NCBI GenBank assembly: GCA_019429125.1
Contig: JAHYJO010000012.1
Span: 1 to 48,506 of the forward strand
Length of the DNA: 48,506 nucleotides
Reading direction: 5' to 3'
Source: Nanobdellati archaeon
GTDB taxonomy: Archaea; EX4484-52; GLR71
The notes under the pieces: model-generated
What the model saw: the letters and a program-made list of their open reading frames with translations, nothing else
The model's database searches: none
What the model was told of the DNA's origin: nothing
Shown: piece after piece, positions 28,318-38,166 of the stretch
Position numbering within the stretch: the first letter of the stretch is position 1
Layout: each line of letters starts with the position of its first letter
Position numbers and translations under genes: made by a program

Positions 28318-30573
28318 TTAAATGTATCTGTCGTTATAATCCATATCAATAATTTCTTTTATTTTTTTTGCTTTTTCTTTCCCTAGACCTTCAATTTCCT
28401 CTAATGTCTTCTCTTTGCAGTTTACGAATTTTTTTATTGTCCCGAATCGTTCAAGGATGCGTTGGCTTAGTTTTATGTTGATGTCTGGGAATCCTGAAAT
28501 TATGTATTCTTGTTTCTCTTTTGTTGTTTTTGTGCGCTTTGTGCCTCTCAATGATATGTCTCTTTTTTCTCCCTGTTCGCGTCTTGCAAGAGCTATTATC
28601 ATATCTTTTGTGTCGTCAAGGTCTCGTGTTGATACGATTGGGATACCGAAGTCACAGGCAATGGATGCGAGTGCACCCCTTATTGCATTGGGGTGTATGT
28701 TTCTTATACCATACAGGTTTTTTCCTTCAAGGATGAGTATCGGGCGTTCAAAGGTGTCTTTTAGTTCTGTCATCTGCTTAAAAAGGCGCTGATCAATTAT
28801 TGATTGCAAGAAATCACCAACTTCCTTTCTTTCTATGCCTACTCTATCAGAAATGATTATGTCTCCTACTGCTAGTTGTTTAGATATGGTTTCAATGTCA
28901 TTTGTTTCGGTCAGTTTCTTTATCAATTTGGGTTCGCGGTGGTCAACATATATCTTTATATTATTGTTTTTTTCTTTTTTAAAGTTTTTAAGTGATTTTT
29001 GTTCTTGTGAAGTCTGTTCATTAGGGTTTTTGTGTCTCTTTAGTTCAACGCCTGTGTTGTTGAAGCTTTTTTTAAGGCTATCAATGACTATTTTCATCTT
29101 TTTTTCTTTGTGGCGCGTACTCCAGTAGTAAGATTCATCAATTGTTCCTTTAGTCATAAGTATATGCACTATACCTTCTTTTTCTCTTCCTGTCCGCCCA
29201 CGTCTCTGTATGGTTCTTATTTCTGATGGTATTGGCTCATAAAAAATCACGGTGTCAACTTTTGGTATGTCAAGACCTTCTTCTGCTACTGATGTAGCTA
29301 CAAGGACGTTGTATGTGCCATTCCTGAACTTGTCAAGTGTCTCTTTTTGTTTTTTTTGGGTGTTGCCTTTTCGTTGCCCTATGAATTTTACTGCTTTTAA
29401 TGTCTTTTCATCTGCGAGTTCTTTGATTATCAAGTCGACTGTGCTTATATAATGAGCAAATAGTATGGTTTTCTTTCCATTTCTTACACTCTCTTTTGCA
29501 AGTTCTTTTGCTTTTATGAGCTTTGGATGTTTCGTGTCTTTTGAGGCTAGATATGTGGTAAGGATTGATGCCTGTTTGACATCGTTATCTGAGAGAAGTG
29601 TCATTGATGCTTTTGTATTGTCTTTTTTAAGTTTTTCAATATATGTTTCAAGTTGGGGGATGCCTTGTGTTTGGATAAGCTCTATTGCATGATTAAGCTT
29701 TATGCAGGCGGCAACGTCTGAGATTGCTTTGAAGAATATAGGGTCTTGTTTTTGTATGGCTAAATCTCTCATTTTTCCCGACAGTTCAAGAAGTTCTCTT
29801 TTTGATGGCTGTGTATCTTTTAAGATGTTCATTGATATGAGAAATTTTATCTTTTTGGTCTTTGCTGTCTCAAGGAGTGTGCTTATCTTTTTTAATTCCT
29901 CTGGAAAAGGTATTTGTACCCAATTTATTTTTGTTTCTTTGATATAGGGTTTTACGTCCCAGTCGTTCTCGTCTCGTATCTCTACATTTTCACAGTATAA
30001 GTTGCCACAGATGGCGCCTATCTTTTCTTTTGTCCCGCCAGGGCTTGCTGTTAGGCCTAAGATTAATTGTTCTTTTTGAGGGGTGTCGATGTATCTTTTT
30101 GCAATAAATGTGTATGCGTAGTCGCCGGAGGTCCTGTGTGCCTCATCAAAGACTATTATTGAATATTGAGAGAGGTCTATCCTATTATTTATTATGTCAT
30201 TTTCAATCACTTGAGGTGTTGCAAAAATGATTCTTGAATCCTTGTAGATGTCTTCTCTTTTTTTTGGCGAGACTTTGCCCGTCAGTATCTCAAATGCACC
30301 GATGGCATCTGTCTTGGTATCCATGACATCTGTAAAACTTTTCAGGTGCTGTTCAACAAGAGGTTTTGTGGGAGCCATTATGAGGGCTTTTTTTTCTTTG
30401 TATTTTCCCAGTCTGTGCGCTACAATACCTATTGCTATTATTGTCTTTCCAATTCCTGTCGGCAATATGACAAGTGAGTTCTTTTTTGAGCAGCTGGCTA
30501 TTATGTTCTCTTGATATTTACGTCTCTGTATGGTATCTTTTTTTAGGAGTGGGTGATTGAGGTATTCGGTCAT
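28318..30573 (-). CDS. hef: Hef helicase-nuclease (FANCM-type DEAH helicase + ERCC4 nuclease + HhH)
   Basis: LPTGIGKT, FDEAHR, GLTASPG, IQRRGRTGR, VDHRE, GDIIIS...IERK, HhH IEGLGKEKA. Confidence 0.95.
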   Translation of the reverse strand: MTEYLNHPLLKKDTIQRRKYQENIIASCSKKNSLVILPTGIGKTIIAIGIVAHRLGKYKEKKALIMAPTKPLVEQHLKSFTDVMDTKTDAIGAFEILTGKVSPKKREDIYKDSRIIFATPQVIENDIINNRIDLSQYSIIVFDEAHRTSGDYAYTFIAKRYIDTPQKEQLILGLTASPGGTKEKIGAICGNLYCENVEIRDENDWDVKPYIKETKINWVQIPFPEELKKISTLLETAKTKKIKFLISMNILKDTQPSKRELLELSGKMRDLAIQKQDPIFFKAISDVAACIKLNHAIELIQTQGIPQLETYIEKLKKDNTKASMTLLSDNDVKQASILTTYLASKDTKHPKLIKAKELAKESVRNGKKTILFAHYISTVDLIIKELADEKTLKAVKFIGQRKGNTQKKQKETLDKFRNGTYNVLVATSVAEEGLDIPKVDTVIFYEPIPSEIRTIQRRGRTGREKEGIVHILMTKGTIDESYYWSTRHKEKKMKIVIDSLKKSFNNTGVELKRHKNPNEQTSQEQKSLKNFKKEKNNNIKIYVDHREPKLIKKLTETNDIETISKQLAVGDIIISDRVGIERKEVGDFLQSIIDQRLFKQMTELKDTFERPILILEGKNLYGIRNIHPNAIRGALASIACDFGIPIVSTRDLDDTKDMIIALARREQGEKRDISLRGTKRTKTTKEKQEYIISGFPDINIKLSQRILERFGTIKKFVNCKEKTLEEIEGLGKEKAKKIKEIIDMDYNDRYI

Positions 30574-30722
30574 GTTGTATCTTTGGTCGAAAAGGAATAA
30601 AAGAATGTGTATAATATGAATATTTAAGCTAGCAATTAAGTTCTGAAAAGTAGAGTATCTGTTCTATATATTGCATGTTCAAAAAGCTATTAAATATAGG
30701 TGTACAATTAATCTTTGATAAT

Positions 30723-31328
30723 ATGGTTGAAAATGGTATGTTTGTTGTTTTTGAAGGGCTTGATGGGAGTGGGTCATCTACACAGGTTGCGCTTTTAAAG
30801 AAAGCTTTGGGTGATTTAGGGCATAAGGTGCACATCACAAAAGAGCCGACAAATAATATAATTGGAGGTCTTATTCGCGGTCAGTTGACTAAGGATTGGA
30901 AGACGGGACCTGAATGTCTTCAGCTTCTTTTTGCGGCGGATCGTGCGCATCATCTTGAAAGGGAAATTATGCCTGCAATAAATCAAGGGAATATTGTGGT
31001 TTCGGATAGGTATTTTTTCTCAACTATGGCTTTTGGTGGTATTGATATTGATATAGACTGGCTCAAGAAAATAAATGAGCGGTTTTTAGTTCCAGATTTA
31101 ACATTTTTTATTAAGGTGCCAGCAAGTGAGTGTGTGAGGAGAATATCTGCGTCACGGTTTGAGCTTGAATTGTTTGAAGAAGAGAAGAAACTTGAACAGG
31201 TTTGGGTAAATTATGAGACGCTTGCAGGTGAATTTGATAATGTGTATGTGGTTGATGGCACTCAATCTGTTGAGGGTGTGCATGAAGATATAATGGCGAT
31301 TGTTATTAGTAATCTGAAAAGGGATTGA
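30723..31328 (+). CDS. tmk: Thymidylate kinase
   Basis: FEGLDGSGSSTQ, TKEP, LLFAADR, VSDRY, PDLTF. Confidence 0.94.
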   Translation: MVENGMFVVFEGLDGSGSSTQVALLKKALGDLGHKVHITKEPTNNIIGGLIRGQLTKDWKTGPECLQLLFAADRAHHLEREIMPAINQGNIVVSDRYFFSTMAFGGIDIDIDWLKKINERFLVPDLTFFIKVPASECVRRISASRFELELFEEEKKLEQVWVNYETLAGEFDNVYVVDGTQSVEGVHEDIMAIVISNLKRD

Positions 31329-31396
31329 TTTTTTTATTTTTTTAAGAATTTTTGGATAAGGTTTATATTCAGGAGAAATTGTTTATAGTTCGGCAT

Positions 31397-31525
31397 TTAT
31401 TTTTTAACTTCTGTTTCAAGTTCTTCTATATCTTTTTTAGTTATTTTATTCAATATCCCTATACTTAACAGAATCAGTATTAAGGGGCTTATAGTGATTA
31501 GTAATAGATATATTGAGTCTTGCAT
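31397..31525 (-). CDS. Small single-pass membrane protein, 42 aa (not in ORF track)
   Basis: MQDSIYLLLITISPLILILLSIGILNKITKKDIEELETEVKK, 29 bp downstream of the HerA-like gene. Confidence 0.5.
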   Translation of the reverse strand: MQDSIYLLLITISPLILILLSIGILNKITKKDIEELETEVKK

Positions 31526-31554
31526 AAAGTCTCATCTTTCAATGTTTAATTGTC

Positions 31555-32823
31555 TCAATCTTTTATTGCAATCGGGCTTCCACCTGCATGCCAACTCATA
31601 CGGGGGCGCATCCGTATAGGATATAACCTTTCGGAGTTGTCATCAAGAATTATGGCTGCACCTTTGATTCGTGGTAGGTTGTCGAAATAGTCTGAGATGC
31701 CATATTTCAAATAGGATTGCATGATCTGGCTTAAGGAATCTATATCTTTTGAACTTGTCAGTCTGTGCGATATCACAAGGTCACACTGGCTTATTGCTTC
31801 CTGATGCAATTTGTTTGGCATCTGTGTGGCAAGAAGAAGTGAGACACCTGGTTCTCTTCCAATTTTTACCCATTGCAAAAGAGGTAGTGATGCTGCAGTC
31901 ATGCCTTCTCGGGGCAGGAACTGATGTGCCTCGTCAATCATCATCCATGTAATCGGCATGTGTCCACCTTTGCTTGTTCCTTCCATATCTTCGGATTCTT
32001 CCATACGTCTTGCTTTTATCCTTGCATCAAGGATGTGTCTTCCAATAAGTCCCACAACAAGACTTTTGACGCTCCATCCGCCTGATGCCTGGCTGAAATG
32101 GCTTACGTCAAGTATGGTTGTCTCTCCTGCTTTTATTATGTCATGTATTGATGACCCTTCCTTATCAAATATTCCCCATTCCTCAGCCACTTTATATCTG
32201 TTTATCAGGCCTTCTTTTGCGTTAGGGCTAGCGTCATCATTTTTTATCTCTTTTATTATGTCTTCAATTGAATAGTCGGTCTTGTCTTTCATCTGTCTCA
32301 TGGTCTTTTGGAGGAGTATTCCTATTTCGCTGTCAAGTTCAAGGTTGAAACTCAACGCCCAATCATCAGTGTTTAAGCTTGAGGGTTTCATTGAGAATGT
32401 GGAATCAAAAGGTATAGAATCATCATTGTATATTTTTGTGAGACCTTTAGGCACCATCACGTTGACATCAAAACCTTTTGGTTTCAGGTTCCATTCCGCG
32501 AGGAGCTCTGTATCTTTTTCGTTAGGCATCTTCATACTCCAATAGATACCCATTGTGTCTATTACAATTACTCCTATGTTTTTTTTGATGTCTTGTGGCA
32601 AAAGCATCATCTCTTCTACAATGCTACCCATTGAATATGATTTTCCTTGGCCTCTTTTACCGAAAAGTCCAATTATGTGCGGTCGGGCGAGGTCTATATT
32701 GACTGGTGTTGTGACGTGTGCTTCATTTTTTAAGCCTACAATGTGTTTGGCTATATAGCCTGTGCCGCGCATGCCATATTTTTTTTCATCTGAAAGGTCA
32801 CGCCCTATAAGTATCTCATGCAT
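31555..32823 (-). CDS. HerA/FtsK-superfamily (DUF87) ATPase
   Basis: Walker A GKRGQGKS, IDTMGIY, Walker B MIDEAHQF, GREPGVSLLLATQMP. Confidence 0.9.
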   Translation of the reverse strand: MHEILIGRDLSDEKKYGMRGTGYIAKHIVGLKNEAHVTTPVNIDLARPHIIGLFGKRGQGKSYSMGSIVEEMMLLPQDIKKNIGVIVIDTMGIYWSMKMPNEKDTELLAEWNLKPKGFDVNVMVPKGLTKIYNDDSIPFDSTFSMKPSSLNTDDWALSFNLELDSEIGILLQKTMRQMKDKTDYSIEDIIKEIKNDDASPNAKEGLINRYKVAEEWGIFDKEGSSIHDIIKAGETTILDVSHFSQASGGWSVKSLVVGLIGRHILDARIKARRMEESEDMEGTSKGGHMPITWMMIDEAHQFLPREGMTAASLPLLQWVKIGREPGVSLLLATQMPNKLHQEAISQCDLVISHRLTSSKDIDSLSQIMQSYLKYGISDYFDNLPRIKGAAIILDDNSERLYPIRMRPRMSWHAGGSPIAIKD

Positions 32824-32952
32824 ATAGATTATTTGGTCTTATTTAATATATATGTTTGATTTAGTCATGTTTTATTTTTTTTGTTGTTATGTCAATTATT
32901 ATAAAGTTTAGATTAGTTATATTATAGAAATGTTTTTGAGGTGTTGTAGTAA

Positions 32953-33123
32953 ATGTGTTTAGATGTGGTCTATAATCCTGCCGTATTGATAGAAACGTAT
33001 AGGTCTTGTTATAATTTAAAAGTTAATGTTGATAAAATTTATAGACCTGTTTCAGATTTGTTGAATTGTTGTGATAAAGGGTTTTGTGGAACTGATAAAT
33101 GTGGTGGTACCTGTAAGGATTGA
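32953..33123 (+). CDS. Small protein with Cys-rich C-terminus, 56 aa (not in ORF track)
   Basis: GAGGTG RBS at 32938; ends NCCDKGFCGTDKCGGTCKD. Confidence 0.5.
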   Translation: MCLDVVYNPAVLIETYRSCYNLKVNVDKIYRPVSDLLNCCDKGFCGTDKCGGTCKD

Positions 33124-33165
33124 GTATTGATAAATATTTTAAAGTTATTTAGTTATATTAATTGT

Positions 33166-33351
33166 ATGATCTCAAAGATTCAGAAGCTTATTGAAAATGA
33201 AGAGGCTATGGGAAATATTATAAAATTGTTAGGTACTCATGACCTTGAATCAGATATTGAATTTGATAATCATGAGATTGTGATTGAAGGCGTTTCTTTG
33301 ACTTTAAATGGTAAGATAAATGTCAAGATACGGCATAACAAGGGTGATTGA
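33166..33351 (+). CDS. Small hypothetical protein
   Basis: 61-aa ORF from ATG 33166, coupled to the next gene (GGTGA RBS overlaps its stop). Confidence 0.6.
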   Translation: MISKIQKLIENEEAMGNIIKLLGTHDLESDIEFDNHEIVIEGVSLTLNGKINVKIRHNKGD

Positions 33352-33353
33352 AG

Positions 33354-33569
33354 ATGATAAGGGCGCTATTAAAGGTTGATGGCACGGACGTCGCTGAAAT
33401 TATCAAGGATGGTTCTGAGACAAAAGTTAAAGTTAAGAGTATTTCAAAGATTTTAGCAACACCAATACTTACTAAAGTTGCTTTGGACTTGAAGCCTATA
33501 TTTGATTCAGAAGGAAATAAAATTAGCTTAGGAAAGACATTTTTCGCTGGGATTTTTGGGAAGAAATAA
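33354..33569 (+). CDS. Small hypothetical protein
   Basis: 71-aa ORF with GGGTGA RBS. Confidence 0.6.
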   Translation: MIRALLKVDGTDVAEIIKDGSETKVKVKSISKILATPILTKVALDLKPIFDSEGNKISLGKTFFAGIFGKK

Positions 33570-33630
33570 GTTTTTGTGTTCCAATTATGTCAATAATCAA
33601 ATGGTATTTTTTATCTGTTTAAAGTGTTGT

Positions 33631-34269
33631 CTAAAACATTCCCATCATAACATAACTTATTACTATAAGTCCCAACCATACACCTTTGTTCCAAGTGATT
33701 ATCTTTGAACCGTCAAGAGGTGGTATAGGTATCATATTAAACATTGCAAGGAAACAGCTGACATAGCCTATGCTTGATGCAAGGTCAAAACCGCTGACAG
33801 TCAATATTCCTGATAGAAATAACATGATTGTTGCAATTATAAGGTTTGCGACAGGACCTGCCATTGAGATGTATGCGTTTTCTTTTGGCGTGATTGTTGA
33901 GTGCACTTGTCCGAACATGTCTTTTCGCATGCTGTATATCATGACTGCTCCAGGGGCTGCTATAACAAAGTTACCATTTGTGACTATGGCAAGAATAAGT
34001 GCAAATTTAAGGCCGTTCCACCAAATCTGGTATCGTGCCTGGCATCCGTATTTGATTGCTGTGAATTTGTGGGCAAGTTCATGAGGTATGAATGCAAAGA
34101 ATATTATTGCAAGGTAAAATAAGTATATATTTAATGCGTCCGTGTTTAGATTAGAAACAAGATGATATCCGTATTGCCCATAGAAGAAGATGAATGCTAA
34201 GGCTAAAGTTGAGATGATTATATCTTTTATCTCTTTTGTATTAAAGCCTAATTGTTCGATTTTTATCAT
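33631..34269 (-). CDS. Site-2 protease (M50 membrane metalloprotease)
   Basis: HELAH, AGPVAN, FNMIPIPPLDGSK. Confidence 0.94.
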   Translation of the reverse strand: MIKIEQLGFNTKEIKDIIISTLALAFIFFYGQYGYHLVSNLNTDALNIYLFYLAIIFFAFIPHELAHKFTAIKYGCQARYQIWWNGLKFALILAIVTNGNFVIAAPGAVMIYSMRKDMFGQVHSTITPKENAYISMAGPVANLIIATIMLFLSGILTVSGFDLASSIGYVSCFLAMFNMIPIPPLDGSKIITWNKGVWLGLIVISYVMMGMF

Positions 34270-34383
34270 TATATTAACCTGTATTATTCTATTAATAATT
34301 ATTATTTGTTATGTTATAAATTATATTAATGTTTTTATATAGAAATAAGAAAAAAAGAAAGAAAAAAGAATAGATGTTATAAT

Positions 34384-34836
34384 CTATTCGTATGCACCGT
34401 TTATCTTACCACGAGCTGTGTGAGGCACACCATCTTTAGTAGTATAAGCAATTCCAAGATCATATGAATAACATGCACCTGGTGTTCCAGTAGGACCTGC
34501 TGTTCCACTTATGACTACACCTGCAGTACTTAAGTTCCAATCATTTGTACCTTGATTAATTGCTCCCGCATCTACACTAACACTTGTCAATTCTATGTTT
34601 TCACCAGCAGCATTTCGCAAGTTAAGTGTCAAAACACCAGTATCAGTTAATGCCCAATCTTTTACACTAACTTGTGTTCCTGCAAAACCCGTTACTGAGT
34701 TACCACAGCTACCGCCTCCGAAAAGACCCATATTCCAAAGAACTCCTGCAACAACAACTATTGCTAAAATAGCCCAACCATATGTCATTAGGTATTCTGT
34801 AGCGGATTGTCCCATTCTTTTTTTAAATATTTTCAT
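34384..34836 (-). CDS. Archaeal type IV pilin with class III signal peptide
   Basis: KKRMG|QSATEYLMTYGWAILAIVVVAGVLW; GGAGGT RBS before the ATG at 34836; Cys pair in the head domain. Confidence 0.9.
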   Translation of the reverse strand: MKIFKKRMGQSATEYLMTYGWAILAIVVVAGVLWNMGLFGGGSCGNSVTGFAGTQVSVKDWALTDTGVLTLNLRNAAGENIELTSVSVDAGAINQGTNDWNLSTAGVVISGTAGPTGTPGACYSYDLGIAYTTKDGVPHTARGKINGAYE

Positions 34837-34936
34837 TTGTACAACCTCCATAAATTTAATGGTAATATGAATTGATTTAATTAGTTTATATAACTTTCGG
34901 TTTTGGAATTGAGGTGTCCATAGTCTGAATTTTTGT

Positions 34937-35656
34937 CTATAATAGTATGTATATTATGAAAATCAATATTGGTTGGTGTATAATGTATATAATGAGTGAT
35001 TTTTGCCCTAGTGTAGTCAGAGGTTTTACATATTTTTGTATTTTTGGAATTTTTATCTTTCTTTTTCCGTCTGGATAAAATGTGTGTCCAAAATAGATTC
35101 CTATAAGGATTATACCGAACCAGGGTAACAGTGGAAAGTAGTCAAGTGTATAAAATGATTCTGGTCTCAGTCCTAAAAATAGGAAGTATGGTATGTTTAT
35201 TGTAAATGTCTTTAAATATAATCCCGTGGCGATTATTGCTGAACCAAGTATGAGGTTCGCATTTTTTAGCTTTAAGAATGGGTATATAATAATTATTGAG
35301 AGTCCTATGAAATGAAGTATACCGAAATAAATAGTGCCTTTGTCTAGAAAAAGATATGTCATTGCTGTAATCATGAGACCTAATGAAAATATTTTTGCGC
35401 CTCTTAGTATGTATTTTTGTAGAATTTTGGTCTTATTGTATTTATTTCGTATCTTTGAAAAGCTTATCGTCAATGAAATGCCTACAAGCAATATAAATAT
35501 TGTGGCTGATGTTCGTCCTATGAACCAGAATGGTCCGGACCATAGATTAAAATTTATATATGTAAAATAGTTGAGGTCATATAGTGTGTGATAAAATATC
35601 ATAAAGATTATAGCTATGCCTCTTAGTGCGTCAATCTCATAGAAACGTTCTTGCAT
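34937..35656 (-). CDS. DUF1624/HGSNAT-like membrane acyltransferase
   Basis: RFYEIDALRGIAIIFMIFYH, FGILHFIG, DYFPLLPW, LGQKSLIIYIIHQP. Confidence 0.9.
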   Translation of the reverse strand: MQERFYEIDALRGIAIIFMIFYHTLYDLNYFTYINFNLWSGPFWFIGRTSATIFILLVGISLTISFSKIRNKYNKTKILQKYILRGAKIFSLGLMITAMTYLFLDKGTIYFGILHFIGLSIIIIYPFLKLKNANLILGSAIIATGLYLKTFTINIPYFLFLGLRPESFYTLDYFPLLPWFGIILIGIYFGHTFYPDGKRKIKIPKIQKYVKPLTTLGQKSLIIYIIHQPILIFIIYILL

Positions 35657-35682
35657 ATCTAATAAGTAGTTGTTCTTGTTTA

Positions 35683-36180
35683 TTAATTGTTTTTATATGT
35701 ATTGTCTGTATCGAGACTTGAGATTAAATGTGATATGACTTGATTGAGTGTTGGTTTTTTGTTGGGTTGTATGTAATCATAGTTTTTAGGTTTTTGTGGA
35801 TTATAATTTGGAGTAAAGTTGTTTGAAATATATGTTTTGAAATCTTCGATTCTTTCATATAATGCTTTTGTATTTATTTTTAATATCGTTATAGTTTCAT
35901 CTATTTCAGGGTTCATGTGTATTAAACTAAATAGTTTTTTAGTGTTTAAGTTTGAAGGAATATAACCTTGATTGTTATCTATAATTTGTACTTGATTAAA
36001 GAAGTATTCTTTTTTGTTTTTTGTAATCTCATTTAAATATTCTGAGCACAATTCTAACCAATATAATCTATCTATTATCATTTTATACTGTTCGTATGTG
36101 TCAGTGAGATCTTTCACGTAATTGAATGATGCTTGAAGATAAGGTGTTAATGGTAAGTTTTTATTTATTTTAGATGCCAT
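35683..36180 (-). CDS. Hypothetical protein
   Basis: 165-aa ORF, no recognised motif. Confidence 0.55.
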   Translation of the reverse strand: MASKINKNLPLTPYLQASFNYVKDLTDTYEQYKMIIDRLYWLELCSEYLNEITKNKKEYFFNQVQIIDNNQGYIPSNLNTKKLFSLIHMNPEIDETITILKINTKALYERIEDFKTYISNNFTPNYNPQKPKNYDYIQPNKKPTLNQVISHLISSLDTDNTYKNN

Positions 36181-36226
36181 ATTAGTTACTGAGTAATTAT
36201 ATCGTTATATAATGTTGTTCACTTTT

Positions 36227-37288
36227 TTAAGCAAGTCCACCCATTGCAGCAGCTACAAGTGCTCTTGAAATGAAGAACAAGCTTAAGGCTACCACGGTGA
36301 AACCTGGGCTATATTTTACTGAGTGTTTTATGTTGCCGAATTTTATCAGTGATATCAGCATGCCACCGAATATTGTCGTTATTGCAAGGGCTGCTGCTGC
36401 AAAGAATGTAAAAAATACTGAGTCCACCTCTGAACTGCTAGGTGTGATTTTCAGGATTCCTGCACCTATGTCTGCATCGCTATTGGTATCAACATCACCC
36501 CACATATTTGATGTGCTTTCAATAAGATAATTTGATATTGCAAACATGACGGGCGCTGCGATGACTCCTGCCAATATTATGAAAATTATGTACATCTGTA
36601 CACTTGTGTTTATCTCTTTCTGGAGAGTCTTGCTTGTCTCTATGTCTTTTGCGCTTTCTTCAAGAAGTGTTGCAGTATTTCCACCAGACCTTATGCCTTC
36701 CATAAGTAAAGTAACGGTTCGTTTAAGGTGACCTGAATTTATTCTTTCAGTCATACTATTGAATGCTTCGGTTATTTCTATACCTCCATATATCTTGAAT
36801 GCGGTCTTTTTGATTTCATTTGATAATGTACCAAATTCATCTCTTGCTGCAAATAGGAGTGCCTTGTCTATAGTAAGTCCTGATTTTATGTTTGATGCTG
36901 CAAGGATTAAAAGGTCTGGCAATACTTTTTCTATATTTTTTGTTCTTTTTTCTGCTGTAACTGTGAATATTATATATGGCATGATTATTCCTGCTATAAG
37001 AATTATACCAATAATGATTGAGGCAACAATTATGTTCATGTTTATTGATAGATATGCAATTGCAAATATTGTGAATAAAATTATGTATGTTGTCTTGATG
37101 GTGCTTGTGATATATCTATAAATAGGCAGTTCGATTCCTGCATATATGGCTTCCATTTCAAGTTTTTGCCTATATTTGTTGGGTAAGTTGCCGTATATTA
37201 TTTTTGCATAATCTTTTTTTGGTCTGGCTATCGCTTTATTTTTATCTTGTGTCTTTTTTTTGTTTTCTTTTAGTCTTTCTTTTTTCAT
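36227..37288 (-). CDS. Type II secretion F family (TadC-like) pilus membrane platform
   Basis: IEKVLPDLLILAASNIKSG...EFGTLSNEI; multiple TM; in operon with the ATPase. Confidence 0.9.
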   Translation of the reverse strand: MKKERLKENKKKTQDKNKAIARPKKDYAKIIYGNLPNKYRQKLEMEAIYAGIELPIYRYITSTIKTTYIILFTIFAIAYLSINMNIIVASIIIGIILIAGIIMPYIIFTVTAEKRTKNIEKVLPDLLILAASNIKSGLTIDKALLFAARDEFGTLSNEIKKTAFKIYGGIEITEAFNSMTERINSGHLKRTVTLLMEGIRSGGNTATLLEESAKDIETSKTLQKEINTSVQMYIIFIILAGVIAAPVMFAISNYLIESTSNMWGDVDTNSDADIGAGILKITPSSSEVDSVFFTFFAAAALAITTIFGGMLISLIKFGNIKHSVKYSPGFTVVALSLFFISRALVAAAMGGLA

Positions 37289-38163
37289 CAAAGTTTCACC
37301 AAGGGTCTTTTGGTCTTTACGATATTTAAAAATAATAATTGAAATAATAATAAACCTACCAGTATTCCATAAAATAGTGTTTTTCCTATAATCATGCCTG
37401 TGAAACTTGAAAGTAACATCAAGAATGTGATTCCTAAAGATGGTACGATGACACCTATCATCATGTACATAAGTGTGTACGGATTTAATTCCTGGCCGTA
37501 TCTTTTGATTGAGAGTATCTGATCTTTGATTATGTTGTCTACTGTTGATTGAAGTGTTTTTTCAAGTGCTGTTCCGGTCTTTAGTGAGTTGAGTATCTGC
37601 CAGAATGATTTTCGGTATGTGAATGATGGGTTCTGTATTATGTTTTCTTCAAGCGCTTCAATTTCGGATTTACCACCGTTAATCTGTTGAAGCATTTTTT
37701 TTATATTTTCTGAGACTTTTCCGTAGCCGTCTGATATTGTAACAAGTGATTGGTAAATGGGTATACCGGATTTGACTTCTATGAGTAGGTGTCTTAGTGC
37801 GTATGGTAGTTCAGCATCAATCATTCTTGCATCTTTTAGTGCTTTTGTTTTTGGGGCGTAAAGTCCTGAATAAAAGCTAAATATGAACATAATAGGTATT
37901 ATTATTGCACCTAGTGCTAAAAGACTAATGTTTTTTGTGAATATTGAAAGTATTACAAACATTGCACCCATCATGGCTGATGTGTTTGCTGATTTGTAGA
38001 GGCATATTGCAATGTGTGTTTTTGGGTCTATTTTATTTCCTGATTGAGCAAGATCTGTATTTATGTCTGGAAAAAGGGTTGATAGATGTTCTGCAAAACT
38101 TAGGAATTTTTTTGGCGGTTCTATTTTGATTTTTTTATTTTTCATAAGAGATATCGCCTTCAT
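37288..38163 (-). CDS. Type II secretion F family (TadB/C-like) pilus membrane platform
   Basis: IDAELPYALRHLLIEVKSG, YGQELNPYTLMYM...VIVPSLG. Confidence 0.9.
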   Translation of the reverse strand: MKAISLMKNKKIKIEPPKKFLSFAEHLSTLFPDINTDLAQSGNKIDPKTHIAICLYKSANTSAMMGAMFVILSIFTKNISLLALGAIIIPIMFIFSFYSGLYAPKTKALKDARMIDAELPYALRHLLIEVKSGIPIYQSLVTISDGYGKVSENIKKMLQQINGGKSEIEALEENIIQNPSFTYRKSFWQILNSLKTGTALEKTLQSTVDNIIKDQILSIKRYGQELNPYTLMYMMIGVIVPSLGITFLMLLSSFTGMIIGKTLFYGILVGLLLFQLLFLNIVKTKRPLVKL

Positions 38164-38166
38164 ATT

